Of a stretch of 64,000 nucleotides of DNA, positions 24,830 through 38,398 are shown in pieces. Within the stretch, counting starts at the first letter, position 1, and every line of letters begins with the position of its first letter. The DNA is from Lytechinus pictus (lineage: Eukaryota). A model generated the notes under the pieces. It saw only the letters and a list, made by a program, of their open reading frames with translations. It did no database searches and was not told the DNA's origin. The translations under genes were made by a program, and so were the position numbers. The stretch is from the NCBI RefSeq assembly GCF_037042905.1, contig NC_087250.1, positions 23,624,001-23,688,000 on the forward strand, in the 5' to 3' direction.

Positions 24830-26801
24830 GATGAAGCAAAAAAGGAAACAGGCCATTTGTCTTCCACATACATGTAGGACTTTTTAAATTGTGTTGAATC
24901 CCCTATATACCTAACACATATCCATAGATTCACTGGACATTCTCATTACCCAATATCTTTGCTAAATAAAGTCTGAGAGGAAGACTATGTGCATGTCTTA
25001 GCAAGTGAGTCATTATAAATTTGCAAATGAGTGTGGCGGAGAAATATTTCTTGGTCCACAACTCACAGTGAATTAGGTCACCTTAGGCCCTTTGTCGAGA
25101 AATTCATGACAAATTTCTCAAATCAATAATTGTGGCTGAAGTGCACACAAATTCATTTAGGAGAATTCCATGAGCGTGCTTAAAGGTGATAGTCAAAGGA
25201 TGTGGAATAATGACAGAGTTTGATGCAAGAAATTAAAATAAAGGACTTGTTGAATAAGATTTGGGCAATTTGCCAGATAGTGTATGGTCTAGAGTAATTT
25301 CAAAGTCTCGGGTGATAGGTAGGGACAGTGATTTTCCGCGATCGCGGAAAATGGACGGAATTAACGGAAAGGGCCTTTTGAAACGGAAAGTGGCATTTCA
25401 AATGGAAAATCACGGAAAACATATTACATACACTGGCAATATCAAACTTTGATTTGCACTGCATCATTATTTATTTATTTATCCATTTATTTATTCATTC
25501 ATTTATATTTATTTATTTGTTTTTATTTATTTATTTATTTAGTCAGTCAGTTATTTATTTTGTTTAGTTATTCATTAATTTATTTAATATTCATTAATTA
25601 TTCATTATATCGACTATTATTGTTATTGCTGTTAATAATATTTTGATATTCATTCATTGGTTTTTTTTTTTTTTTTTTTGGGGGGGGTATGGGTCCTTCA
25701 TGATAGCTGGAGTTTTATCACCTTACCACTGTAATGTGACTGCAAACGGACTTGTGATTTGAACCAATTGCAACTATTTGTAAAGGTTGTCCTGGGTCCC
25801 GTATCATAAAGAGTTTAATACAACTTTAGTACTTGTTGCTTTCCCATTATGGCAACTACATACATGTATTCCAGTAACAATAATGGCAGAGTTGTACAAT
25901 GTACATGTACATGTAAGTCTTTATGAAACGAGCCCCTGATCTTGAGACCAACTGGAACTGCAACTTCACCCTACAGTGTATGTTTGCAGTGACATGATTT
26001 TCATTGAGATTAGACATTTGGACATGCGCCTTTCTGCATGCAAGCATGACGATGGTGTGTAGCATGCAGTGTATGTATACCGGTATATGGCGTGTGCGGC
26101 GACTGTAGGGCGTAAAGGTCATTCTGGTGAAATGAGGGGGGAAAGCAGGTTGGTCCCAAGTGTGCCGATGACTCGATGGAGGAAATTCAAGCGGGAAACG
26201 CAAAGATTTGGACCCAACTTTCTCCATGGAAGGGGTCGTGGAGTGCAACTCTCTCTCTCTTTTTCGACTGCTTTCTGACATTTAAAGTGGATCTATGATA
26301 TGTAGCCTACTAACTACATTTAGCAAAACATTTAAAGTTTTCCCCCATTTGAAGTGGATACAGTGTAGGCAGTTTCAGATGAACTCTGTCTTGTTCATAG
26401 TTGTACACAATCCCACTGCATCTCCTCTAGTCTACTGTTCAGACTGCAGGGCTTTGTGAATGCAAACTACACCTACTGTACATGTACATGTATGTAACAG
26501 TCAGTAGTACTGTACATGTGAATGTATCTTCTATCCTTTTTTCTTTTGACTTCAGTACACAATGCCAATGAGTCTCTTGTAGTCTACTACTCAGACTTTT
26601 TAAGCATCCATGGCCGTGATACTTTTTTTTCTTCTGTTGCCTAAAGAACACATGATCAAGCTCCTTGCTACTACATGTAGTCTACTTTCCAGACTGCTTT
26701 ATCATTAAAAATACCCCAGGGGTATGTGAGAGCACACAACATCCTACAGTGCATTGCAAGGAGCACCTTCTCATTTTTTTTACAAGAATGTTTTCTAACA
26801 G

Positions 26802-27484
26802 GGGTCCCGTAACACAAAGGTTAGTGATTAATCGTACGCTTGATTTTCATGATTGATTGTACATTGCAGTCAGTGCAATCAATCGTAGAAAAGTGTTCTA
26901 CTATCATTGCTAAGCTTTGTGTTAAGGGCCCCAGGGCCCTCTTAACACAGCTATAAAGTAATTGATCGTAGAGATGATTTTCGCGATTGATCATACACAA
27001 TAATAAATGCAATCAATCGTAGAAATGTGTTCTACTATCGTTGCTAAGCTTTGTGTTACAGGCCCCAGGGCCCTTTTAACACAGAGCTACATGTATAAAG
27101 TAATTGATCGTAGAGATGGTTTTTGCGATTGATCATACACAATAATAAATGCAAGCAATCATAGAAATGTGTTCTACTATCATTGCTATTAGCTTTGTGT
27201 TACGGGCCCCAGGGCCCTTTTAACACAGAGCTATAGAGCAATTGATCTTAGAGATGATTATTGCGATTGATCATACACAATAATAAATGCAATCAATCGT
27301 AGAAATGTTTTCTACTATCGTTGCTAAGCTTTGTGTTACAGGCCCCAGGGCCCTTTTAACACAGAGCTATAGAGCAATTGATCTTTAGAGATGATTATTG
27401 CGATTGATCATACACAATATTCTATGCAATCAATCGTAGAAATCAGTCCCTATGATGAGTCGCAAAGCTTTGTGCTGAAGGGCC
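26802..27484. mobile_element. Tandem train of five ~135-bp palindromic MITEs
   Basis: Each unit is GGG(C/T)CC..TAACACA...TGTG(T/C)T...GGCCC, joined by CAG. Single copies at ~33855, 41080, 57284, 57436 and 62059. Confidence 0.85.
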
Positions 27485-27792
27485 CAGGCATCTATCCAAT
27501 CCAGCCTCTTTCGAATTGATCGCATACTGGCGCACTCTTGGTGACAATTGAGTAAAAATTGTTTAAATTCCTTGCATGGCTCCTGTGACTCGTTGAACCT
27601 GTAGCTCACACAGCCAGCTTTTCAAAAGCCCAGGCTGAGAGGAGTATGATTAATCAATGTCCGTTCTGTGTGGGAGCAAACAGAGACGCATGGCCTCGTT
27701 CACATTGAGTAGATAATCTTGAGTTTAGGATGATCTTTGTAGTTTCAGGTGATCTGTGTTGATGAAAGTCTATAGTGACAAGAAGCTCCGAT

Positions 27793-28110
27793 GGCCCATA
27801 TTCTGAAGTCAGGTTCAACTTTATAGACCATGGTCTAACTCTGTGCTAAAATTATGGCAAGCCAAAAGTGTCAAAATTTGTATTAAGTTGTGTGTTTCTT
27901 TTATTTACTGTGCTCTTTCCTGGTTCTTCAATGGTGAAGACAATTATCTATTAATACTTCCTAGACAATTATGAATGATTTGGGAGCCAAATGGGCTGAA
28001 ATATGATATCTCTACTGTTTTATAGTGATTTATGTAGCGATTGGCTATCCATACTTTAACCACAACTTTAAACCCTAGTTTAAGTTAAACCCGACTTCAG
28101 AATACGGGCC
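27793..28110. mobile_element. Harbinger-like MITE
   Basis: GGCCCATATTCTGAAGTC...GACTTCAGAATACGGGCC TIRs. Confidence 0.8.
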
Positions 28111-28236
28111 AATGCCTCTTTTTTAAAACCTGTAGCTCACTCTGCCAGCTTTTTCATTTCAAGCCTGTACTATTGGAGAGTATGATGTACCATTATATTT
28201 CCATTATTTCATGTCCCTCCATTATAAACTCAAGAA

Positions 28237-28692
28237 TATACAAATAATGAATGTTTATATGAGTGCAATGGACAGAATACTTCATGAGGTGAAAGATGAA
28301 ATGATCCATTCAAAGAGGCATAGCTGAGTTGAATGGATCATTATTTCATCTTTCACCAAATGAAGTATTCTGTCCATTGCACGAATGAGAAAACATTCCT
28401 TATTTGGTTTATATGACACCTTAATTTTTTTTTTTTTCATATGAAATTTATGAATTTCGATGCAAAACATGCTCATGCAGTGCGAGTTCGGTCTGTTGAT
28501 TGTTGCGTCATTACAACATGCGCGCTGCTGGTGCATGAGCTGCAGCATGAACTGCAGTCTCGGTTCTCGCGTGCAATGGACAAAATCGTATGGATCCAAA
28601 ATTGCACAGTTGATGACGTCATTGAAAAATGGGCTGAATGAACGATATCAAACAACCAATCAAATCACAAGGCTCTATCTAGGTGTCATATA
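28237..28692 (-). mobile_element. Second, inverted copy of the 12338-12793 element
   Basis: Reverse-complement similarity across the full length. Confidence 0.8.
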
Positions 28693-30464
28693 AAAGATGT
28701 TTATTGAAACAGATGTTCATTTCCCCCTTCCAATTCCTCCCTCCACCCTCTCTCAATTGTATTACCCCTTCTCTTCATACACCGTAATCATATACTTTAA
28801 CTCTTTGCACGAATGCACGCTGAATTAATTTTTGGGGAATAATACGATAATGGCAATTGTTTCCATGTTATTTTCTTTGAATCAAGATTTCATTTTTTTA
28901 ACCATTGATACTGATAAGAACTTATGCAATTTATTAGCTTCTCTAATAAGAAGTTAGGGGAGAAAACTAATTAAATTTGCAATTGTTGCATTTAATTGTA
29001 CGAATGTGCAAAATTGCAACATCAGCATGCAAAGGGTTAACAAGACATTGGTCAATCTTCCTTTTCTCTTGTCTCTCCTTCTCCATCCTTCTCTCTCTTT
29101 TTTCTGCCCTCCCCAAAGTTTGCTTGAGTCTCTATACAAAGTCCAAGATGTGTTTGATAACAAATCTTATTTTTTCTCCCCAGTCCTTCCCTTTTTCATT
29201 ATTCTTTCCATTTACTACACTTCTTTCCATCCTTCCTTCCATCCACTCAATATCTTTAGAAATAAACCTTATCAAGGCATTGGTCCTCTATACCTGCCCT
29301 TCTTTCCTCCGCCTCCATCCCCTCCTCCCCCTCCATCCCTCTTTATTTTCTCTCCATTCTTTCCAACCAATAATGATAAATTATAACAAGACATTGACAA
29401 ATCTTGTCCCCTCCTGTCCTCATTCCCCTTCCATTCTCCCCTTCCTTTCTCCTTTACCTTTTTAACAAACCTCTATAATGATAAACTCTAACAAGCCATC
29501 AGCAAATCTTCCACTCACCCTCCCACTCAGTTATACAACACCTAAAAATTGATTATTTTTTTTTCACAAAAGCAATCAAAATATACAAAACATTTGTTGC
29601 ACCTCAATTAAACAGAACATTGATAAAAAACTGTAATTACATAAAAAATATTGTAAATAAATTGTTTTGTACTCGGAATAATTTAACCTGTACACCAGAC
29701 ATCGGACATTTACAAATATATCACTCTCCTTCCCTGTCTTCCCCCTATCTTCCTCCCCTCTCCATCCCCCCTCCCCATTCCTCCTTTACCTTTTAACCTC
29801 TATAATGATAAACTCTAACAAGACATCGGCAAATCTTCCACTCGCCCTCCCATTCAGTAATATTCCTCCATTTCCACCCCTTCCCCTCTTCTCTCCATCT
29901 CACCCTAAACCCGCAACATTGATCCACAAATCTATAGATTGCTTGGGATGCCTTAACTGTCGCTGCCATCTTCCTCTTACTTACTCCGGACGACAACGGC
30001 ATATCAATACACCTCATTTTTTCCCCTCTCTCTCACTCTCTCCCTCCGCACGTGTGAGCCACGACACATTCCCATGCATGCACTTGCATTAGTCGTCCAC
30101 GGACGCCATGCTAGGCAGGCGTCCCATGGTCATCGCCGAGTGTATGAATGTGTGATGTTTTTTTTTCTCTCTCTTTCTCGGTGGCAGTCGCGCATATTTT
30201 GTATGCGGTGCATGGTAGATTGGTGTGTACATACTGCTATGTCCCAGGAGCGGAGAATTCAATACTGGTTGAGATGGTTCAGGGTTGGGAGGAAGAGGGA
30301 TGGAGAGAGAGAGAGAGAGGGGAAGAGAAGGGGATAAAGAGAGAAAGCGGAAGGAGAGAAAGAATGGAGAGGGGAGAGAAGAAGGGGAGAGAAAAAGAGG
30401 GGAGTGAGAGAAAGAGAAAAAAGACAGGTAAGAGAAATAGAGACATGCATGTCGACGTGTAGAA

Positions 30465-30790
30465 AAGATGGATGGATGAATAGATGTATGGATGGAAAGT
30501 TTACTTACTGTGCAATTTATGCATATGTACATGGATGGATGAATGGATGGATACATACATGTACATGTAGGTAGACATGTATACAGACAGACAGACAGAT
30601 AGATAGATAGATATATAGATAGATAATGAGATAGATATATAGATAGATAAATAGATGGATAGATAGATACATGTACTAGTAGATAGATAGGGAGATAGAT
30701 GGATGGATGCTTGGTTGGTTGGTTGGATGGATGGATGGATAGATGGATAGATATATAGATAGATAGATAGGTGGATGGATAGATATTATA
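30465..30790. repeat. (GGAT)n/(GATA)n microsatellite complex after a purine-rich tract
   Basis: Seen directly; source of the spurious 278-aa ORF. Confidence 0.9.
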
Positions 30791-32311
30791 TATTGAAAAA
30801 GAAGAAGAGAGAGAGAAAAGGGAGACATATGAAGGGGGGGGGGTATAAGAGACAGAAAAATAAGATGAAAAGAAACAAACACACAAATGAATAAAGAGGC
30901 AAAATAAAGACCTGTCCATGGCCAACCAATGATTGAATAATGAATATTAAACATTGAAAAAATACAACATGTATGAATCTAACACATTTATAAGGAAAAA
31001 TGTAGAGGAAAAAAGAGGATGATCATAAAAGAGGATGATGAAATTATACTCCTTTAAATTCTAATGCTACATCTATAAATAAAATGACTTCAGATTTATC
31101 AAAGCTCTTACATTGTTTTGAAAAGCGATCATTGGTTAGTTCGGGATTGCTTTTGTTCGTGTGACTGTACATGCAAATAGCATTATGATGGAGCTGGGAT
31201 GTACAATTATCTCATATATGTAGGCTTACATGTACAATTAAATCCTTTTTCTTGCACATTGAGTTGTAGAATTATCTATTCAATGCTCAAACACTGCAGA
31301 AACTACGAGCTTGCATGGTTGTACTGTATTCTATACAAATTTGATTATCATGAGATTTAACTTTCCAGCAAATGTAGAAATCAATTCTTGGCATGGCTGG
31401 ATGAGGTATGACACCGTGAGCAGCTATCTGACTTGACCTTATCCAATATGCAAGCACTCATGAATAATTCATGAGATAGGGATTGATTCCCCTCGCCACC
31501 CTATGAATAATGCATGAGCTGTGAGCTCCCCCATGGGTTTGGAATATATGACACTGTAAAGATTAGGAGAAGAGCGAATTTCATATAAAGGGACACTTGC
31601 ACCGCAGAATACCTGTGGAATATATTGTATTTAAGAAGATGCTTGTATTGTGTTTGAGAATATAAAGGAATAAGGGCATATTTATGCTGAATTTTAGGGG
31701 CCGAAAGAAGGTGTTGAATTTATGCATCAGTTACAAATATTGCATTCATGCTTGCTTTTGTATTGCCTATTGGTTCTCTAAATGAATATGGGTGGAAAAG
31801 CCGTGTGAGTTCACTCAACATACAATGTACTATAGGGACAGTGATTTCTGTTTTAAAGAATGGTCTTTTCTGTTTCTGAAACATTAAATTCTGTCTCAAA
31901 CTTAATCTGTTATGGAAATTCTGTTTTGTCATAGAAAATGCACTCAGCAAAAGCGTGGATTCTGTTTCGCGAAGGAAAATTCAATGAAACTTAATTTAAA
32001 ATGGAAATTCTGTTTTGTCATAGCAAATATACATGTACACAGTGAAAGTGTGAATTCCGTATTGCAAATTAAAATTCAATGAACTTTCTCATGAAAACTA
32101 TTAAAAGAAACAAAACAGATTTTGTGTTTTTTATTTACTGGTATTATTATGGAAAGTATACAAGTGTGAATATGTGTACTACATGTATATACAGTACCTG
32201 CTATTTTTAGCCAAATAAAGGAAAGAAATTATTTAATTAATTGAACATACACTTTTTGTGGCTTTATTTCTAAGAATCTTGGCATCCATTTCTTGGAACC
32301 AGATTCTATCA

Positions 32312-32575
32312 ACCGGTGTGTTGACTCAGTTGGTAGAGCGTCTTTCTCACAACTGGGAGTCGGGGGTTCAAACCCCGGCCGCGTCAGATCAAAAGATGTT
32401 AGAACTTAAAAGATGGGAGTTGCTGCTACCCTGTTTGACGTTCAACTATTAAAGGGATAGAGCTTTGTCGATCTGGCTCTGCACAGCGGCTGCCGGGCCC
32501 ACGATCAATTTGGCAAAGCAAATTTTCGGAGTATTTCATTTCATGTCTATTTCGACCAATAAAAAAATATGGATA
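32312..32575 (+). mobile_element. tRNA-derived SINE
   Basis: GACTCAGTTGGTAGAGCG A box, GGTTCAAACCCC B box, A-rich end. Confidence 0.8.
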
Positions 32576-33236
32576 GATCTTTAAAAAAGTCAAATGATTT
32601 CGCGTCGGAAAGGTTGATTGGTTGTGTAAAGCGGAACTAACTGTGCAAGCTATGTGACAAAATGTATTACTTGACCCCTGGAGGTCAACGAGTACTTCCT
32701 GAAGACATCCTCTTTTCAATACACAAAATTGAAATCTTCTTTGATAAGAAATCAATCAGTCATGCTTCAAGAGAAATTGTATTGATAGTTACTCTGCATT
32801 CATACGTGTACATTTTACACAGGGAGGATAGCATTTTTTGTGAATGAGGAGAGATTAAAGATAACAATCATGTATTATCATGATTAAATAATGAAAATAA
32901 TAGTAACAATAAGCTCAGTTTCTTACTATACACACTGTAGTGTATGTATGATATTTTTATACTGATTTTTTTTTTGTATGTTTTTTAAATCCATTTACTT
33001 AACCTGGGTGGAGAGTGATGAATGTAGATAAATGCCTTTCTAAAGGTGGGATTTGAACCTTGTAGTGCTTCGAAGTCTGTTCACTTTTCAACTGAGCCAC
33101 AACATGTCTTCAAATATGTTCTCTTTTACTCCCCCATTGTCATTTACTCTCTCATTGTCATTTTAACCCCTCATTGTTTTAATCCCTTATTGTTATTTTA
33201 ATCCCCCATTGTTTTTTTACCGTTGTTTTTCTACAG

Positions 33237-33401
33237 GTTTCACAATGATATTCATGCATGGGCACTTCCCTGTATAGAGTAGGCTGACATGGCCTTCATA
33301 TTGTCTTCACTCAAATAGTACCCTACACCAAAAGCTACATGTTGGGACCGAGTGACACTAATGTTTAATCGAACCTGTAGAACTGGGCAGGCATCAAAAT
33401 G
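33237..33401 (+). other. Candidate BCL9 5'-UTR exon (165 nt)
   Basis: Long pyrimidine tract ending ttttctacAG; donor ATG|GTAAGA. Non-repetitive sequence containing several short uORFs. Confidence 0.6.
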
Positions 33402-35011
33402 GTAAGAATCATATTTTTTGTATCATTTGTTTATTTTTTTCCAAGTTTCATCCTTTACTGCTCTGACTGTTGCTATTGTGACAATTTTCAAACCACAACT
33501 TTTTGGAGTTTGATTGTTTTGTTGTCTTTGTGTTGATCAAAGACCCCAGTTAAACATGATTATTTCAAACGTAGAAGAAAAAACTTTTTAAAAAAAAGTG
33601 CACACCTAATAAAAAATACCAAGAACGCATCCATCATTTCCATTTATTTGAATGCATGATTAAAGAGCAATGTCTATGCCTTGCTCACAGACAGAGGTAT
33701 TGTGGCTGGGTATCGAACCCTGGACTTTCCATGTATAGCCAGGTGCCTTAGACCACTCGACCACGACACCTCGAGTACAAGTGTAAAGATAGTTTAGATT
33801 TTGGAATCTAAGTACCAGCATCATGGTTGCACTATTGTTAATGTTACAGAGATCAGGGCCTCGTAACACAAGGGTTGGTGATCAATCGTACGCTTGATTT
33901 TTACGATTGATTGTACATTGTAGTCAATAGGATCAATCGTAGAAAAATGTTCTATGATCATTGCTAAGTTTTGTGTCACGGTCCCCAGGGTGGGTCTAAC
34001 CTTTGGAAAAGGAGGGGCAAAATATTTCTCACTAGCCAAGAAAAAGGAAGAGAAAAAAAATGGAGGGGGGGGGGGGGGTGAGGTCAAAGCTCCGGACCAT
34101 TGGAGGCAATCCCTGTTAGAAAATATTGCCTAAAAAGGGGGGGGGGGAAGGGAGGGGGGGAATAAAAAGTCATAAAGGGAGGAGGGGGGGGGGGGGGGGC
34201 TCTCTACATGATGCCTTTGATCTCAATGTTTATATCATTGGTCCTACATGTAATGTGGGTGGGGTTTTTCCACCAAAACTTCTTCGTCCTTATTTAAGGC
34301 CCACCCACTGCGCCTATGGACCAATGAAGTATAATTTAGATTGTGCATGTACACGATTAATCAGAACTTTTAAGAATTTTGAGATTCAACCCCCATCATA
34401 GTTAGTTTTTTCTTTTTATTCTTAGTGTGTTTTGGTATATTGATATACGGTACTGTTCATTTCTAAAGCACCGTCAGCACAAACATGCATGTACTTCTCT
34501 CGTATATTTATTTGAAAATTGCGTTCAAAGATCACTCCTTGGATTTTATTAATTCTGTTTTGATGTGTTTATGTTTGTTTAAGGACAGACAACATTTGGG
34601 TCCAACGTTCAAATTTGAGTTTATGTCTGAATACCGATTATATTTTGGAGGTTCTTTCAAAGAAACTTTAGAGGTCACTATAAAAAGTGAACCCGTAACG
34701 TAATCTTTCCGCAATAATCAGTAATGAAATATTTGTATTATTAGTGTTTGTTCGTGATTCTTGCAATGTGGGCATGATACATGATTTGTGTGTAAGATAG
34801 ATGGAGAGAGAGAGAGGTGGGGAGTGGAGTGGAGGGGGGGGGGGGGAAGGGGAGCATGAGCATTTTACCTAGTCCCAGGCACAGGCTAATTTCAAACCCC
34901 ATCAATAGACTGTTGATTCCATTTTGGGGCAGTGTCCGAACAGGTTTTACAATTATGAAGGGAAACACAAAATATTTACATACAATCTGCCTATAGATGT
35001 GGAAATAAAGT

Positions 35012-35293
35012 AAGGTGGCTGCTAGTGGATTAGTCTTCAGACTTTGAAACAGAGGGTCATGGGTTCGAATCCTAGCCATGGCGTAATTTCCTTCGGCAAG
35101 AAATTTATCCACATTGTGCTGCATGCGACCCAGGTGAGGTAAATGGGTACCTGGCAGGAATTTATTCCTTGAAATGCCACCGCGCTGTAAAAGGCTGCGG
35201 GGCTAAAGCCAGGGTGATAATATCCAATTAAGCGTATAGGGACGCAATTTGCAGTGATATTCGCTATATAAGCATGTTGGTATTATTATTATT
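35012..35293 (+). mobile_element. tRNA-derived SINE with Deu/Nin-like core and (TAT)n tail
   Basis: GGTTCGAATCC; ACCCAGGTG...TAAATGGGTACC core; TATTATT tail. Confidence 0.8.
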
Positions 35294-35405
35294 AGAGAGG
35301 TGTCTGCTAACACAGGTTTGACTGTACACGACTATCAAAAGTGTCGACTGCACAGTGGTTTGTTTATGATCACATTTTTGTTTAATAGTATCTACACAGA
35401 CATAA

Positions 35406-36006
35406 GGGCCAGAATTCACAAGGGTGGTTTTTAAAACCATCGGTTGAACCCATGCTTTATGCCAATTTTCTGTATAAATTACGCTCATATATCAGAAAAT
35501 GTCCATTGCTAACGTGCGCTTTTGTCACAGTGTGCCAAATTGACACCTGTTGCCATGGTTAAGACCTAAGTATGCTAATTCATTCATAAGTCCACTATTT
35601 TGAATTAATACAAAACGGTGGACTCATGAATTAAATAGCATACTTCACCATGGTAACGGGGGGCCGTTTCATAAAGTTGTTTGTAAGTTAAGAGCGACTT
35701 TAAGAACGACTGGTGAACCTTTCTTACGCGCTAAATAATCACCAATGAACATTAATGGTGAATATCATTTACCATAAGAAAGGATCACCAGTCGTTCTTA
35801 AAGTCGCTCTTAACTTACAAACAGCTTTATGAAACACCCGCCAGGTGACAATTTGGCGCATTTTGACAAAAGCGTGCATCAGCGTTGGACATGTTTTTCA
35901 TGTATATGTACATGTATGTGGTAAATAAGAGTAATTTATACAGGAAATCTGCATAAACCATGGGTTCAACCGATGGTTTTCAAAACCACCTTTGTGAATT
36001 CGGGCC
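35406..36006. mobile_element. Harbinger-like MITE with a nested palindromic MITE (35660-35841)
   Basis: GGCCAGAATTCACAAGGGTGG...CCACCTTTGTGAATTCGGGCC; long inverted arms. Confidence 0.8.
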
Positions 36007-37422
36007 AATGAGTCTGTATACTAGACCTCTAGAAATCAAAGGCACCAGTCTACTTGACCTCTATCAACCTCTGTGGAGTCAAAAGCAAATTGACATTGGT
36101 GTCCTAGTTCACTCAGTCATTGGTTCATTCTAATTGTGAATTGCCATTTGGTCTACACGCACTTTGTCAACTTTCTGTACAGTCTCATCCAGCATAGGAA
36201 ATACATGTACATGAGGGAGGCCGACGATTTTGCCCACATGATGGGCCCAAATTTCCTATAAAATTCCCCAAAATGCATGCTTCAGGGTGACTTTTCTTTG
36301 TAGAATCACCCTAAGATCTGTCACAAGTAATATTGAAGATTATTTAGAAAATCAATTGATATTCCAACTATGTGGCACAATAATGTTTGCTTTTACTGCA
36401 TTTATAAGTGCTTGTTGCCCCCCAAAAGTAGCCCTTAAAAATGAGAGAAATAGCCCCCAGAATTTGGCAATTGCCCCAATGTGGAAAAGAGATAGCACCC
36501 CCCCCCCCAGAAAAAAAATATCTCGACATGGTTTAATATGTGCATGTATGTAGTTTTACCAAGGAAGGATAGATGTTATGAATACTTTTCAGTACCTTTA
36601 TATTTGTAATTTCAACACTGTCTAGGGAAAGATTACATCTTGGGGGCTGATGGCGATATTGCCCGGCCCCGAAATGCTCAGAGGAGCCCTAGAAAATAGC
36701 AGCAACAAGCCCCAGATAAATCCCAATTTACTGCAATGTCATAGCTTATTCAATATATAGCAGATTAGGCTGTATGTTGTGAAAAGTACCCCCGAGGGTC
36801 CACCCCCCCCCCCAACAAAAAAAAGACAAGTAGATGAAATAGAATAAATAAAGAAATAAAAGACTAAATAAACGAATGAATGAATGAATATCAAACTAAA
36901 TAAATAAATAAATAAGTGAATAAATAAATTCATAAATCAATAAGTTAATTAATGAATAAATAAGTAAATAAATATATAAACAAATAAATAGATAAATACG
37001 GTTAAATAAAAGAATGAAAAATAGATACAGTATGACAAATAAATGAATGAATCAATCAGCAAATCAATCAATCAAGAATCCAATGGACAAATAAATAAAT
37101 AGATAAATAAATGAATTAATTATTTAATGAAGAATGAATAAATTGATTGCAACTATTGTTGTTGTCCTCAATTGACTCTCCCACTTTAAAAATGTAGTTG
37201 TCTACTTGTCTAGAAACATCAATGAAAAAAAGAATATTTGATTTGTCACATCATTGGCTTGCCAAGAAACAAACAAAATCAGAATATGTTGCTACAGTAC
37301 ATGAAGAATCATATATTTGACATTAAAGCTATTTCAGTACATAGCAATCTCCATTGTGTTTTTCAAGAGGAATATTAAGAAAGACTCATTTGAAATGGAT
37401 GCCCTTTCATGAAATGATCAAT

Positions 37423-37882
37423 AGGTGGTTTCAGACCGCCTCGAAGTTCGTCAGTTCCAGGTATTCTCTGATCGGGAAATTTACCCCGATCAGAAAATAC
37501 CAGGTATTTTGGTAATGTGAAAGCAAACTAAGCGTAATTTCCCCGAAAGAAAATACCCGCTAAATAGTAGGTACTTGGCGAAATTACGAGAACTTTCGCG
37601 GGGATTTTTCCAAGGTCGCAGGTATTTTGGCAATGTGAAGCAATTTACGGGAACTTTTAGCCCAGCGTGTCGTTGGGCGCGGGCGCCATGGGTGGCTGCT
37701 GGGCTAGTGGTTTTGAATCTCGCGCCTTGCCTGCTTATTAGACCATACTGCGCATGCTCCTAACATCAGGAATTTATCCCGAAGGGTTTGTTTCGGGGCG
37801 GTGTGAATGCAAGAATAATTAATGGGTATTTTTAGCGTAATTTAACGGGGATTCTTGTGATCGAGGCGGTTTGACACCGCCT
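37423..37882. mobile_element. Harbinger-like MITE
   Basis: AGGTGGTTTCAGACCGCCTCGA...TCGAGGCGGTTTGACACCGCCT. Confidence 0.75.
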
Positions 37883-38046
37883 ATTGAAATGTTCTGATCA
37901 GTCTTAAGAAACCATATGAAATTTTTTTTCCTGTGGCTTTTTACAATTACTTATAGGCCTAGCCTACTGTACATATGTGGAAGCAATCTTGATACAGTGG
38001 TAAAAAAGGACATATTTCTCAGAATCATCATCAAAGAAAACCACAA

Positions 38047-38398
38047 ATAATAATGATAATAGCCAATTTTTATAAAGCGCTTTTCCCAGAATGGCTCAAA
38101 GCGCGTTACAGCATATAATTACCCCGGTCATTGGATTCATTTCAATCCCGCACAAAAGTGCACAATTTCCACTCCCTGGGGAGCATTCCTTGCATTCATC
38201 GCAGCCTCATTATGGCGCTGGCAAAATCAAACATACAATATCTTTTGCATCCTACCGGGTACCCATTTAGCACCTGGGTCGAGAGTGGCTAAGTGTGGAT
38301 TAATGCCTTGCCAAAGGACGCTAGACCGCGGTGGGATTCGAACACACGACCCTCTGTTTACAAGGCAAGAGTCAGAACCACTACACCACGGCTCTTCC
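38047..38398 (-). mobile_element. tRNA-derived SINE (same family as 49965 and 50414)
   Basis: Head GGAAGAGCCGTGGTGTAGTGG...GTTCGAATCC; Deu/Nin-like core; (TTA)n tail. Confidence 0.85.

Noticed and set aside
28977..30954. Long hydrophobic ORFs (162 aa, 278 aa)
   Set aside because: Stop-poor CT/GA/GATA low-complexity sequence; the same applies to 53778-55155.
32312..32390. tRNA gene
   Set aside because: The tRNA-like head continues into a SINE body and tail; the same applies to 9200-9274, 35012, 38330, 50230 and 50432.
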